64,000 nucleotides of DNA from Candidatus Eiseniibacteriota bacterium (GCA_963762255.1 CAVXKA010000003.1:544001-608000); one strand, 5' to 3'. Counted from the first letter of the stretch, positions 41,748 to 51,982 are shown. The notes: generated from the sequence alone by a model not told the origin. A program made the numbers and translations.

Positions 41748-43097
41748 TCAGTCCGCGCATCCCGCACCCATCTTCGAACGAAGCACGTCCGACTTCAGGG
41801 TGAACGCTCCCCTGCTGACGACGATGTCCCCGTCCGTCAGACCTTGGGTGATTTCCACCCAATCGTCCCAGGAACTGCCGATCATCACCGGGCGGCGGAC
41901 GAAGTACGGAGGCACGGTCGGCACGAAGACGAACGCGCGGCCCTCGTCCTCGAGGACGGCCTCCGCCGGTACCGTCAACGCCTGACCGGAATCGTCTCCG
42001 AGCAAGTGCACGCGTGCGAACATGCCGGCCCGCAGGAGCCCGCCGGGGTTGTCCACGACAACCCGCACTTGGGCCGTGCGAGTCGCTTCGTCCACGATCC
42101 CGCCCACACGCTCGACGCGCCCGGGGAAGATCCGGTCCGGATACGCCGGAACTTCGATGTGCGCCAGGACCGCTCCCTTGGCTTGCTCCCGCAGAAGGCC
42201 GGCTAGTTCCCGCTCGTAGAGGCTCGTCCACACCCACATGTCGGAGGTGTCGCCGAGGAGGAGAAGCGCTTGCCCCGGCTCGACCATGGCTCCGAGGCTC
42301 AGGTTGCGCTCGAGCACCGTCCCGTCGAATGGAGCCTTCACGGGGAGGGCGGTCGACTCGATGCCGTTCGCGCTTACATCCGCGATCTCCTGCGCGGTCA
42401 ATCCGCAGGCCAGCAGCCGCGCTCTCGCGGCCTGGCTCGTCGCAGCGGCCTCGTCCCTGGCCGCCTCGGCCTCCAGCAGATCCTTCCGCGGGCAGACCTT
42501 CTTCTCGTAGAGGTCGCGCTCGCGGTCCAAGGTTCCTTCTGCGAGTTTCAGAGAGGCTTGAGCGATCAGGTGGGCGGCCCGCGCTTCCGCGAACTCAGGA
42601 CTATCCACGGTGAATAGGACCTGGCCCCGGCGGACGTCGGCTCCCAGGTCGACCAGGATCGAGCGCACGGTGCCCGCCGTTCGGGGGCTCAAGTAGGCGG
42701 CGCGCTCCTCATCCAGACGGACCTCGCCGTTGTGCGCCATCGACCCTTCCCTGGACCTTCGCACGACGCGGGCCGTTTGCAGCGGGCCGTCCTCGTCCAG
42801 AAGATCGGGGGCCACCTTGACGACCCCGACTTCGTAGCGGCACTCGTCGCACGTGTACGTGCGAACCCCGTGCTCGCATTGATCGCTCATGAGATCCTCG
42901 ATAGGCCGGTCGAGGTCCGAGACTTCACCTTCCTCGCCCTCGTGCCCTGCCGGCTCGGCCGCCGGGTCGGTCACAGAGGCCGCTCTGGCACTCGCAACCT
43001 CGCCGCGATCCGTGCCGCAGCCGGCCGCGGCGAAGGCGCCAACGACGGCGAGGAACATCAACGAACTTCTGATAGGTCGATCAAGCGCGCAACTCAT
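41748..43097 (-). CDS. czcB: RND membrane fusion protein (CzcB-like) with a lipobox and N-terminal Cys/His motif
   Basis: AAGC lipobox, APFDGTV, LRAGMFA, VPAEAV; CEHGVRTYTCDEC. Confidence 0.92.
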   Translation of the reverse strand: MSCALDRPIRSSLMFLAVVGAFAAAGCGTDRGEVASARAASVTDPAAEPAGHEGEEGEVSDLDRPIEDLMSDQCEHGVRTYTCDECRYEVGVVKVAPDLLDEDGPLQTARVVRRSREGSMAHNGEVRLDEERAAYLSPRTAGTVRSILVDLGADVRRGQVLFTVDSPEFAEARAAHLIAQASLKLAEGTLDRERDLYEKKVCPRKDLLEAEAARDEAAATSQAARARLLACGLTAQEIADVSANGIESTALPVKAPFDGTVLERNLSLGAMVEPGQALLLLGDTSDMWVWTSLYERELAGLLREQAKGAVLAHIEVPAYPDRIFPGRVERVGGIVDEATRTAQVRVVVDNPGGLLRAGMFARVHLLGDDSGQALTVPAEAVLEDEGRAFVFVPTVPPYFVRRPVMIGSSWDDWVEITQGLTDGDIVVSRGAFTLKSDVLRSKMGAGCAD

Positions 43098-44365
43098 CGG
43101 GACTCTCCTTCGCCTGGCGTCGTGCCTTGGCTCACAAGTCGAACGAGATCGGCACGTGCGATCCATACAGACCGCAAGGCGTCGATGTACTCCAACCGGG
43201 TTTGCAGGAGGACTCGACCGGCGTCGATGAGGTCGAGAAGACCGAACTTCCCCCGCCGATATCCTTCCTGCACGGACGCATGGACTGCCTGCGCGCGGGG
43301 CAGGCCCACGTCTCGCAAGCTCCGAGATGTCTCGAGCGCGACCGCCAGCGCGTCGTATGCGGTCGCCCGGGCGAGGGCGATCCGGCTCTGAAGGGCCGCC
43401 CGCTCCGCGCGCGACTGGGCGAGTCGGGCGCGGGCCTCATCGAGGGCGCCGCCCTTGCGATCGAACAAGGGCAGATTCAGCACGAGACCGCCGACATAGC
43501 TCTGCTCGTTCGATGCGTTGAACCGCCTGAGCCCGCCGTGGATGGCCACTTCCGGCATGCGCTCCCGACCGGCAAGCGTGGCCGCCGCATCCGCCCGACT
43601 GACTTCCGCGTCAGCGCGCCGCAAGTCCGGCAGCTCGGGGACGGCGGCAAAGAGCGAGTCGCGATCTGGGAGGGATGGAGCGATCTCGATCGATCCCTGA
43701 ACCCCGGAGAAGTCCGGTTCGACGCTACCCCAGAGTTGAGCCAGGGACCGGAGTGCGCTGGCTTGCTGGAATCTGGCGGCCAGCAGGCGGGTTGTGACCT
43801 GGGCCCGCTCGGCCTCCGCGCGGTCCACTTCGATCGGGGACACTTCCCCGGCATCGACGAGGGCGGTCACGGCGCGGACGGTCTCGACCGCGATGCTGTC
43901 GGTTGCCTCCAGCGATTCGGTGCGCCACTGCGCGGCGAGGGCATCCGCGAACCTCCGATCGACTTCGGCCAGAAGATCGAGCTGCACGACATCGACGGAG
44001 AGGATCGCGGCATCGCGGCTGTGGATTGCGGCCCGCGTTCTCGCGCGCCGCGTACCGAAGAGATCGAGCCGCTGCGAGAGGCTCCAGGTCACCTCCGCCT
44101 CGTCCCATCCCGGCCTGTCTCCTCCGACTTCCTCCGCATCGACTCCGATCTCCGGGTTCGGCCAAGCCCGCGCTTGCCGGAGGGCGCCGCCTGCCGCGGC
44201 GGCCGCGTTTCGCGCCGCCTCCAGGTCTGGATTCGACGCGAGGGCGCGGGATCTGGCCTCCGAGAGCGAGATCGACGGACCGTCGATCGCCGCGCGGGCG
44301 GTCTGCGCGTGCAATGACGCCGAGATGAGAACAGCGAGCATGAGTCGCTTGGACGCTTGGAACAT
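43094..44365 (-). CDS. czcC: TolC/CzcC-family outer-membrane factor
   Basis: Signal peptide, ALASNPDL, AWPNPE, LPLFDRKGG, YRRGKFGLLDLIDA. Confidence 0.92.
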   Translation of the reverse strand: MFQASKRLMLAVLISASLHAQTARAAIDGPSISLSEARSRALASNPDLEAARNAAAAAGGALRQARAWPNPEIGVDAEEVGGDRPGWDEAEVTWSLSQRLDLFGTRRARTRAAIHSRDAAILSVDVVQLDLLAEVDRRFADALAAQWRTESLEATDSIAVETVRAVTALVDAGEVSPIEVDRAEAERAQVTTRLLAARFQQASALRSLAQLWGSVEPDFSGVQGSIEIAPSLPDRDSLFAAVPELPDLRRADAEVSRADAAATLAGRERMPEVAIHGGLRRFNASNEQSYVGGLVLNLPLFDRKGGALDEARARLAQSRAERAALQSRIALARATAYDALAVALETSRSLRDVGLPRAQAVHASVQEGYRRGKFGLLDLIDAGRVLLQTRLEYIDALRSVWIARADLVRLVSQGTTPGEGESR

Positions 44366-44437
44366 CGTTCCCCCGGAAAGAGAGTCCGCGCACGGGCGCG
44401 CGAAGACGCGCACACGTGCAACCGTAAAGCCGGAGAC

Positions 44438-44881
44438 TCAGTGAAGCCGGGAGTGGATCAGATCAGGAGGGTGGTCGTTCGCAGGCGGCGGAGACTCGAT
44501 CCCGCGCCAAGTAGTAGCTCGGCTCCGCGGTGAGCGGGGCTGGCGTTCATCGGAAAGAGAATTGTGGTCGATTGGCCGAGGTAGCCGGATAGGAACGTCA
44601 GGGGTTCTGGCGAGCGGGGCCCCCTGGATGAGCGGAGTATCTTCGCAGGCCGCGCCGTCGATAGCGGCATCCACGGCGGTCGGCTCGTTCAAGCCCGCCG
44701 TGGCGGCTGAGGGAACGTCGGGTGTTTCCGCACGGCAACACGAGTTGAATCGGGTCTCAAGGCTGAGGTGACCGTCGGATCCCCAACAGATGGCAGCATC
44801 CGCCGCGCCCAGGCCGAGGAGGCTGAGGACGAGGAGAAGGGTCACGCACGTGCGGGGCGTTCTGCGGGTGAGCTGCGTCAT
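44438..44881 (-). CDS. Small exported Cys/His protein preceding czcCBA (CzcI/DUF2946-like role, inferred)
   Basis: ATG overlaps the carB stop; signal-like hydrophobic segment, ICWGSDGH, CC, CED, Pro-rich C-terminus. Confidence 0.6.
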   Translation of the reverse strand: MTQLTRRTPRTCVTLLLVLSLLGLGAADAAICWGSDGHLSLETRFNSCCRAETPDVPSAATAGLNEPTAVDAAIDGAACEDTPLIQGAPLARTPDVPIRLPRPIDHNSLSDERQPRSPRSRATTWRGIESPPPANDHPPDLIHSRLH

Positions 44882-47800
44882 GAGCGTCCAGTGTACACCA
44901 TCGGTCGCATGTCCTGCAGCGCCCGCACCTCGAAGGCCCCCGCCTTCATCGCCTCGATCCCGCACACGGCGGCCACCGCTCCAGCGAGCGTGGTGACGCA
45001 GGTCACCCCCTGCTCGGTCGCGGCCAGCCGGATCGCGCGGTCGTCCACCTTGGCTCTGCGTCCCTGCGGGGTGTTGAGCACGAGCTTCACCTCGCCGGAA
45101 GCGATGAGGTCCACGACGTCGGGGCGGCCCTCGCCCACTTTGTGCACCGCACGCACCGGCACGCCGTTCATCCTGAGGAAGCGCGCCGTGCCCTGCGTTG
45201 CGAGGAGGTCGAAGCCGAGGGTGACCAGCTGTTTCGACAGAAACACCACCGCGCGCTTGTCGTCGTCGTGCACGCTCAAGAACACGCCGCCGCTCTCCGG
45301 AAGCGGCTCCCCCGCCGCGAGCTGCGCCTTGGCGTAGGCCTCGCCGAAGGTCGCGCCGGTGCCCATCACTTCCCCGGTGGACTTCATCTCCGGCCCAAGA
45401 AGCGTGTCCTGGCCTGGAAAGCGGTCGAAGGGGAGCACCGGCTTCTTCACGCTGACGAGGAAACCTTCCTTGCCCGGTTCGCGCTCCGATCGGTGCGCGT
45501 CTTCGGGGAGCGGATGACCCAGCAAGACCTGAACCGCGAGGCGTACAAGCGGGATCCCCGTCGCCTTGCTCACGAACGGTACCGTGCGCGAGGCCCGCGG
45601 GTTGGCCTCGATGATGCTGATGACATCGTCCTTGACCGCGAACTGGACGTTGAGGAGGCCCTTCACCCCCAGTGTACGCGCAAGCTTGGCGGTGATCGCC
45701 TGAAGTTCGTGTTCCGTTTGCGCGCCTACGGAGTACGGCGGGGTGAGGCACGACGAGTCACCGGAGTGGACGCCCGCTTCCTCGATGTGCTCGAGCACGG
45801 CGCCCACGATCACGTTCGTGCCGTCGGAAACCGCGTCCACGTCGAGCTCGACGGCGTCTTCCAGGAACGCGTCCAGCAGCACCGGCTCTTCCGGCGAAAC
45901 CTGCATGCCTTCAGCGAGGAGCCCTTCGAGGTCGTGCCGCGAGTAGATGATGCGCATACCGCGCCCGCCCAGCACGAAGGAGGGGCGCACCAGGACGGGG
46001 TAGCCGATGGCCTCTGCCTCGCGGATCACGTCGCGGCGGTCGAAGGCGAGGCGGCTGCGCGGCTGGTTCAAACCGAGGCGCTTGACCAGCGCGCGCCACG
46101 ACTCGCGGTTCTCGGCGGCGTCGATGGCCTTGCGCGAGGTGCCAAGGATCGGGACTCGCGCTTCTTCGACCGTGCGCGCGAGCTTCAACGGCGTCTGCCC
46201 GCCGAACTGCAGGACCACGCCGGCCGGGCGTTCCTTCTCCAGGACGTTGAGCACATGCTCGCGGGTGAGCGGTTCGAAGTAGAGGCGGTCCGAGGTGTCG
46301 TAATCGGTGGAGACCGTCTCCGGGTTCGAGTTGATGAAGATGACCGGGCGTCCGGCCTCGCGCAGCGCCTTGGCCGCGCGCACGCAGCAGTAGTCGAACT
46401 CGACCCCCTGACCGATGCGGTTGGGGCCACTCCCCAGCACGACCACGGAGTCGGAGCCGAGGGGCGCGCCTTCATCCTCGTCTTCGTAGGTCGAGTAGAA
46501 GTAGGGCGTCTCCGCGGGGAACTCGGCGGCGCAGGTGTCGACCGCCTTGAATACGGGGCGCACCCCGAGGCGCGCGCGCAGGGAGCGAATCTCGTCTTCC
46601 GGCAGGTCGATGAGATGGCCGAGATGCGCGTCGCCGAGGCCGCAGCGCTTGGCTTCTTTGAGCGCGGCGCGGACTTCGGCTTCGCGGTTGTTGCGCAGGT
46701 GGCCGGGGAGGTCGCGGCGGATCGCGCTCTCGGTCGTGACGATCTCTGCCATGCGGTCGAGAAACCAGAGATCGATGCCGGTCTCTGCCGCGAGCTGCTC
46801 CGGTGTGCGTCCGCGGCGTAGCGCCTGCAAGAGTTGAAACGGCCGGCGCCATGTGGGGCGGGCGACATCGTCGTGCGCGGCGCGGCCGGTGGGGGCGGCG
46901 ATCGCTGCGGCAGCGGGGACGCCCTGCTGACCGGCGTGAAAGCCCCTCGCCTCGGATCAGCTCCTCCAGGTTCTCGATCTCGAGGCTCATGAGCGCTTTC
47001 ATGTACGCCTCGGGGAAGGTGCGCCCGATCGCCATCACCTCCCCCACCGACTTCATCCGCGTGCCCAACGTGTCCGAGGCTTGCGGGAACTTCTCGAACG
47101 GCCAGCGCGGGATCTTCACCACGACGTAGTCGAGCGCGGGCTCGAAGCAGGCCGGAGTGACGCGCGTGATGTCGTTGGCGATCTCATCCAGCGTGTAGCC
47201 CACGGCAAGCCGCGCCGCGATCTTGGCGATCGGAAACCCGGTGGCCTTGCTGGCGAGCGCGCTCGAGCGCGACACGCGCGGGTTCATCTCGATCACCACG
47301 ATCCGCCCGTCGCGCGGGTTCATCGCGAACTGCACGTTGCTCCCACCGGTGTCCACGCCCACCGCGCGCAGCACTTCCAGTGCCATGTCGCGCAGGCGCT
47401 GGTATTCGCGGTCGGTGAGCGTCTGGATGGGGGCGACGGTGATGGAGTCGCCGGTGTGAACCCCCATCGGGTCGAGGTTCTCGATGCCGCAGACGATGAC
47501 CGCGTTGTCCTTGCGGTCGCGCATGACCTCGAGCTCGAACTCCTTCCAGCCGGTCAGGTCTTCTTCGACCAACACGGTGCCGACCGGGCTCAGACGGAGG
47601 GCATCCTTGGCGATTGCGAGCAGCTCGTCTTCGTTCATGGCGCGGCCACCGCCCGCCCCGCCCAGGGTAAAGCTGGGCCTCAAGATAACCGGATAACCAA
47701 TTGTGTTAGCTTGTGATGCGGCCGCCTTAATGGACTGCGCGAAGTGCGATCGCGGAAGCGGGATGTTGGCCCGCTTCATGGTCTCGCGGAAGAGGTCGCG

Positions 47801-48199
47801 GTCCTCGGCCTTCTTGATCGCATCGAGGCTGGCGCCGATGAGCTTCACGCCCAGGCGGTCGAGCGTGCCGTCTTCCGCCAACTTGACCGCGACGTTCAAT
47901 GCGGTCTGCCCACCGAGGGTGGGAAGGATCGCGTCGACCTGCTCCTTCTCGAGGATCCTGGCGACGACTTCGGGCGTGATCGGCTCCAGGTAGGTGCGGT
48001 CGGCCACCTCCGGGTCGGTCATGATGGTGGCCGGGTTCGAGTTCACGAGGACGACTCGGTAGCCCTCTTCCTTGAGCACGCGACAGGCTTGCGTGCCGGA
48101 GTAGTCGAACTCGCACGCCTGCCCGATGACGATGGGGCCGGAGCCGAGGAGGAGGATGGAGCGAGCGCCGCCGCCTCCCCAAGTCACCGCGTTGCTCAT
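44878..48199 (-). CDS. carB: Carbamoyl-phosphate synthase large subunit (apparent +1 frameshift near 46944)
   Basis: [51 protein letters not shown] and an MGS domain. The two ORFs join on removing one base. Confidence 0.95.
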
Positions 48200-48240
48200 T
48201 CCCTAATAGACCTCATATACAGGGGTTCTCGCCATCGCAC

Positions 48241-49764
48241 CTAGGCCGGCAGCTTACCCTTGATGTTCGCCATCACGACGTCGAATGCAGCGTCGAGATA
48301 CGGCAACCTCTCCTCCCCCGTCCACCAGGGTGTGAGGTGCTGGGCGAACATCCACTTCCTTGTATCCATGCCGTCATTTGCACGCTCGGCGTAGCTCAGA
48401 ATCTGGGGCAGTGAAGCGCGCCCGCCGCGCAGGGCTGCAATCAAGTGGTCGAACTCATCAACTCCTATCACGAACATCTTCCCTGGCGCGATGAGGTCAT
48501 TTCCACCCTCCAAGCCTGGCTCCATCCGCATCACCGCCTCTTCGAGAAACTCTTCCCAGGCCACGTTTATCGGGCCCAAGTAGAGGTCGAAGTAGGTCAC
48601 GACAATCAAGTAGATGTTGCTGCGATTCGGAACATGCACGCGCGAATCCGTTGCGCGGATGCTGCGAGCCATGCTCCTCCCTTGCACTATTGCCTTGACG
48701 ACACTGCCCTTCAAAGCACTTGCGAGAAGAGGGTAATCTGGGTACGCCTTCACGATCGCGCCAATATCCGAGACCTTCGCTTCTACCAGTACGGTTGCCC
48801 CCTCTGACCTGATCAAGAAGTCAGTAACCTTTTCGGATTCCGACAACTGTTTCCTTAACGCACTCTCTCGGTCAAAATCCAATCCTGCCGCACTAAGCCC
48901 CCCCGCAACGTAATCCTCAAATATGTCTCCAAACGCCTCCGCGGCTGCGCTGCCCCCAATGGCCTTGATACTTGAGTAGGCAAGGTGCCGCTGGGCCTCT
49001 TCAAAGACCTTTCGAGATGGGACATAGTATTGGCCGTGAACCTCGATCACCGGATGAAGGAAGAGGGGAGATTTCTCCATCATCTGGAAGACCGGCATAC
49101 GGACTGTCCCCTCGCGAGCGGCCAGTTCCGTCTTCAGTTCCTCGATACTGATCGCCACCGCGCTCCTGAACCCCCGAACCAAATCACTACTGTAGGCTGA
49201 CGTGCGCAAGAGTGATGGAGGCAAGACGTGCAAGTGGGGGTTCTTTGTCAGCCAAGCCCAATGGACCAGCGACAACTCCACAAACTCTGACAGGCCAATA
49301 CCTCGCGCCTCAACGAACAACTTCTGGAGAATGTGGTCCTCGGGCAAACCGCCCAACAACAGCGCCTGCCGCGAGACCTCCCATTGAGAAAGGGGCATCT
49401 GGGCCCAGAACTGCTGGAAGGAGAGGGCTCGCATGAACTTGGCCGGCGGCACGGAATCGTTCTCGGGCAAGATCGGCTGGAATCGTGTCAACTCATTGAC
49501 CAAGTTCATGAGCTTGGTGAGCAGGGGGCGCTCAAGACGCTTCGACGGGTACTGCTCCCCCGCGTACTCGATCCCCCAACGCAGTAGGAGCAGCAGTCCC
49601 CACGGATTCCAGCCTTGCCATTCCGGGGGCCGCAGGATCTCGACCCGCCTCAGCTCCTTGGCGATGCCGACAATCAACGACTCCGAATCCAATTCCCTCA
49701 GTCGATTCCGGAGATACTTGAACTCCTTGTCGAATTGTTCTTCTGAGAGAGGCGTGGGCGTCAT
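48241..49764 (-). CDS. Hypothetical 507-aa protein with a C-terminal PD-(D/E)XK nuclease-like motif (possibly GapS1-like defence protein)
   Basis: Lower GC and atypical codons; FGDIFEDYV...KVTDFLI...LVEAK...KAIVQ. The family assignment is from recall and unverified. Confidence 0.6.
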   Translation of the reverse strand: MTPTPLSEEQFDKEFKYLRNRLRELDSESLIVGIAKELRRVEILRPPEWQGWNPWGLLLLLRWGIEYAGEQYPSKRLERPLLTKLMNLVNELTRFQPILPENDSVPPAKFMRALSFQQFWAQMPLSQWEVSRQALLLGGLPEDHILQKLFVEARGIGLSEFVELSLVHWAWLTKNPHLHVLPPSLLRTSAYSSDLVRGFRSAVAISIEELKTELAAREGTVRMPVFQMMEKSPLFLHPVIEVHGQYYVPSRKVFEEAQRHLAYSSIKAIGGSAAAEAFGDIFEDYVAGGLSAAGLDFDRESALRKQLSESEKVTDFLIRSEGATVLVEAKVSDIGAIVKAYPDYPLLASALKGSVVKAIVQGRSMARSIRATDSRVHVPNRSNIYLIVVTYFDLYLGPINVAWEEFLEEAVMRMEPGLEGGNDLIAPGKMFVIGVDEFDHLIAALRGGRASLPQILSYAERANDGMDTRKWMFAQHLTPWWTGEERLPYLDAAFDVVMANIKGKLPA

Positions 49765-51011
49765 GAGAGTCCCATCAAGGGGTTAGGGGCCCGCCGCCAC
49801 ACAGAGCGCCCGTCATGCGGCCCACCGTTCGCCTCCGGATGAAACTGCACAGCGTCCACGCGCAGACCCGACACGCGGAAACCCTCCAGCACGCCGTCGT
49901 TGAGGCTCACGTACGACGCCTCCGCACCCCGCGCAACATCGCCGCCGGCCGCAGCGCGCACTGAATCCAGATCCACCGCGAACCCGTGATTCTGACTCGT
50001 CACCAGCACCCGCCCCGTGGCGACCTCGCGCACCGGGTGGTTGATGCCGTGATGTCCGTACTTCATCTTGAAGGTGCGGCCGCCGAGCGCGAGCCCCAGG
50101 ATCTGGTGCCCGAGGCAGATGCCCAGGATCGGCACCCGCCCAATCACCGCGCGCACGGACTTGATGAGGTTCTCCAGCGCCGCCGGGTCGCCGGGACCGT
50201 TGGAGAGAACGATCCCGTCCGGGTTGCCGCGCAGGAGTTCCTCAGCATCGGCGTTGGGAGCCACGATCCGCACGCGCGCACCTCGGCGACGCAACGACGC
50301 ATCGATCCCTTCCTTCAATCCGCAGTGAACCAGCGTGATCCGCCGGCCCTCGCCCGCCAACCGTCCGTCGGCGTCTCGCGTGTGAAGCGGAAACTCGTCG
50401 GCGAGTTCCGCCGCCGCTTCCCGCGACTCGACGGAGCGCCCGTGCAGCCAGGCCGGCGGCTCGTCCCAACCACGCCAATCCGTGTCGTGCACCGAGGGCG
50501 CCACCTCCTGCACGAGATCCCGCCCCACCAGCCCGGGGAATGTCCGCACGCGGGCCAGCGCCGCGTCCTCGGCGACTGAAGCCGCAGCCAACAGGCCGCG
50601 CATGGCTCCCGACTCGCGCAGGTGCCGCGTCAACGCGCGCGTGTCCACTTCCGTGAGGCAAGGCACCGAATGTCGCGTGAGGTAGTCGATCAGGGACTCC
50701 TCCGACCGCCACGATGACGGCCGCCCCGGCACCGAGCGCGTCACGATCCCGGCCAGCGCCGGCCGGGCCGCCTCGTTGTCGAACGCGTTCATCCCCGTGT
50801 TGCCGATATGGCTCGCGGTGAAGGTCACGATCTGACCGCGGTAGGAAGGATCGGTGATGACCTCCTGGTAGCCGGTCATCCCGGTCTGGAAGACGACCTC
50901 GCCGATGCCGGGCGAATCGTTCTGCGCGGGTAAGCCGGCGAGTGCGCCGCCGATCAACAATCCGTTGAATCGGCGGCCGTCTTCGAGAAGGAGGTAGCCG
51001 GGAGCGGTCAT
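49761..51011 (-). CDS. carA: Carbamoyl-phosphate synthase small subunit
   Basis: GEVVFQTGMTGYQE, DTRALT, LSNGPGDP, GICLGHQ, SQNHGFAV, QFHPE. Confidence 0.96.
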   Translation of the reverse strand: MTAPGYLLLEDGRRFNGLLIGGALAGLPAQNDSPGIGEVVFQTGMTGYQEVITDPSYRGQIVTFTASHIGNTGMNAFDNEAARPALAGIVTRSVPGRPSSWRSEESLIDYLTRHSVPCLTEVDTRALTRHLRESGAMRGLLAAASVAEDAALARVRTFPGLVGRDLVQEVAPSVHDTDWRGWDEPPAWLHGRSVESREAAAELADEFPLHTRDADGRLAGEGRRITLVHCGLKEGIDASLRRRGARVRIVAPNADAEELLRGNPDGIVLSNGPGDPAALENLIKSVRAVIGRVPILGICLGHQILGLALGGRTFKMKYGHHGINHPVREVATGRVLVTSQNHGFAVDLDSVRAAAGGDVARGAEASYVSLNDGVLEGFRVSGLRVDAVQFHPEANGGPHDGRSVWRRAPNPLMGLS

Positions 51012-51496
51012 CGAGAGGCGGACGCCGCCAGGAGCTGGGCCAACTGGAACTCGTGCCGGATGGGATGCATGACCGCGTGCTCGAGCATCGCATCGATGCA
51101 GTACTTCGTCTTCCAGCGGGAATCGAACTCCGGGTGCTCAAAACGGTCCTCGGTCACGGACGCGAGCGGCGTGCGCCACCGCTCTAGGAGGTGCTCCACG
51201 AACTCATCCACATCTGCCTCGACCGTGTCCGCGGTCGGGGCCGGCCGTATCCCCGGATCGGGAAGATCGAGCACGTCACACATCCAGGTCATGTACCCGC
51301 GGGCCGCGCGGCACACGTGAGCCAGAACCGCCTCCAACGAGACGTAGCTCGGGTCGGTGGTGACCGGCAATACGACTCCCGCCGCCTTCGCGCGCTTCCA
51401 CGTCGCGAGGAAGCTGCGAAGGTGGCGCTCGTGCAGGATTACCATGGCTCGCGCGCCGGCGTAGCTGTATTCCGGGAGGCCCGACTGAGTGTCCAT
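51008..51496 (-). CDS. DinB/YfiT-like protein
   Basis: Helical protein of ~160 aa with VLAHV and LEHAVMHPIRH His motifs. Confidence 0.7.
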   Translation of the reverse strand: MDTQSGLPEYSYAGARAMVILHERHLRSFLATWKRAKAAGVVLPVTTDPSYVSLEAVLAHVCRAARGYMTWMCDVLDLPDPGIRPAPTADTVEADVDEFVEHLLERWRTPLASVTEDRFEHPEFDSRWKTKYCIDAMLEHAVMHPIRHEFQLAQLLAASASR

Positions 51497-51516
51497 GATT
51501 GTTCCCGCCCTGATGA

Positions 51517-51530
51517 TCACCCGGGTGAGC
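51517..51530. repeat. Palindromic repeat, partial copy (TCACCCGGGTGAGC)
   Basis: Shares the 12-bp palindromic core with the copies at 51592 and 52287. Confidence 0.8.
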
Positions 51531-51591
51531 AACCCGTTTCCCCGGGGAAAATGGTTCGCGTTAACCGACCCGCGGACGCTCCGAATCCATG

Positions 51592-51609
51592 TGCTCACCC
51601 GGGTGAGCA
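51592..51609. repeat. Perfect 18-bp palindrome TGCTCACCCGGGTGAGCA
   Basis: Read directly; intergenic between mazF and the DinB-like gene. Confidence 0.9.
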
Positions 51610-51658
51610 TTCTGAAGTGTACCCGTACTCATCGTCCGCATGAATCGGACAGCTCCGT

Positions 51659-51982
51659 TCATGGCGCAAACATCTCGCCGAGTACCTTCAGAACTTCCTC
51701 AGCGGTGCGCTTGTCGATCCGCCCAAGCTTCTTGACCAGGCGGATTGAATCGACGGTGCGCAACTGATCGAGGACGATCTGCCCGTCCTTTCCCTTGAAG
51801 CGACACGCCACCCGCGTCGGGTACGAACGCCCCTGGGTCGTCATCGGTGCGACGATCATCGTGCGGATCGCGTGGTTTATCTCGTCGGGAGAGACGACCA
51901 GACAGGGCCGTGTCTTCTTGATCTCTCTCCCGATCGTCGGGTCCAGGTTAACGAGATGGACCTCGAAGCGGTTGATCACCAC
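51659..51982 (-). CDS. mazF: PemK/MazF-family toxin
   Basis: VNLDPTIGREIKKTRPCLVVS, VAPMTT, DQLRTVD. Confidence 0.95.
   Translation of the reverse strand: MVINRFEVHLVNLDPTIGREIKKTRPCLVVSPDEINHAIRTMIVAPMTTQGRSYPTRVACRFKGKDGQIVLDQLRTVDSIRLVKKLGRIDKRTAEEVLKVLGEMFAP

Noticed and set aside
47684-47711. dif-like site (ATAA...TTGTGTTAGCT) in carB
   Set aside because: One arm resembles the XerD arm, but the spacer is 4 bp rather than 6 and the XerC arm is poor. It is kept only as an unexplained AT-rich patch.
44878-48199. carB as a naturally split gene, programmed frameshift or pseudogene
   Set aside because: A single extra base in a short G run explains the break, there is no clear slippery heptamer, and it matches the pattern of the other +1 breaks.
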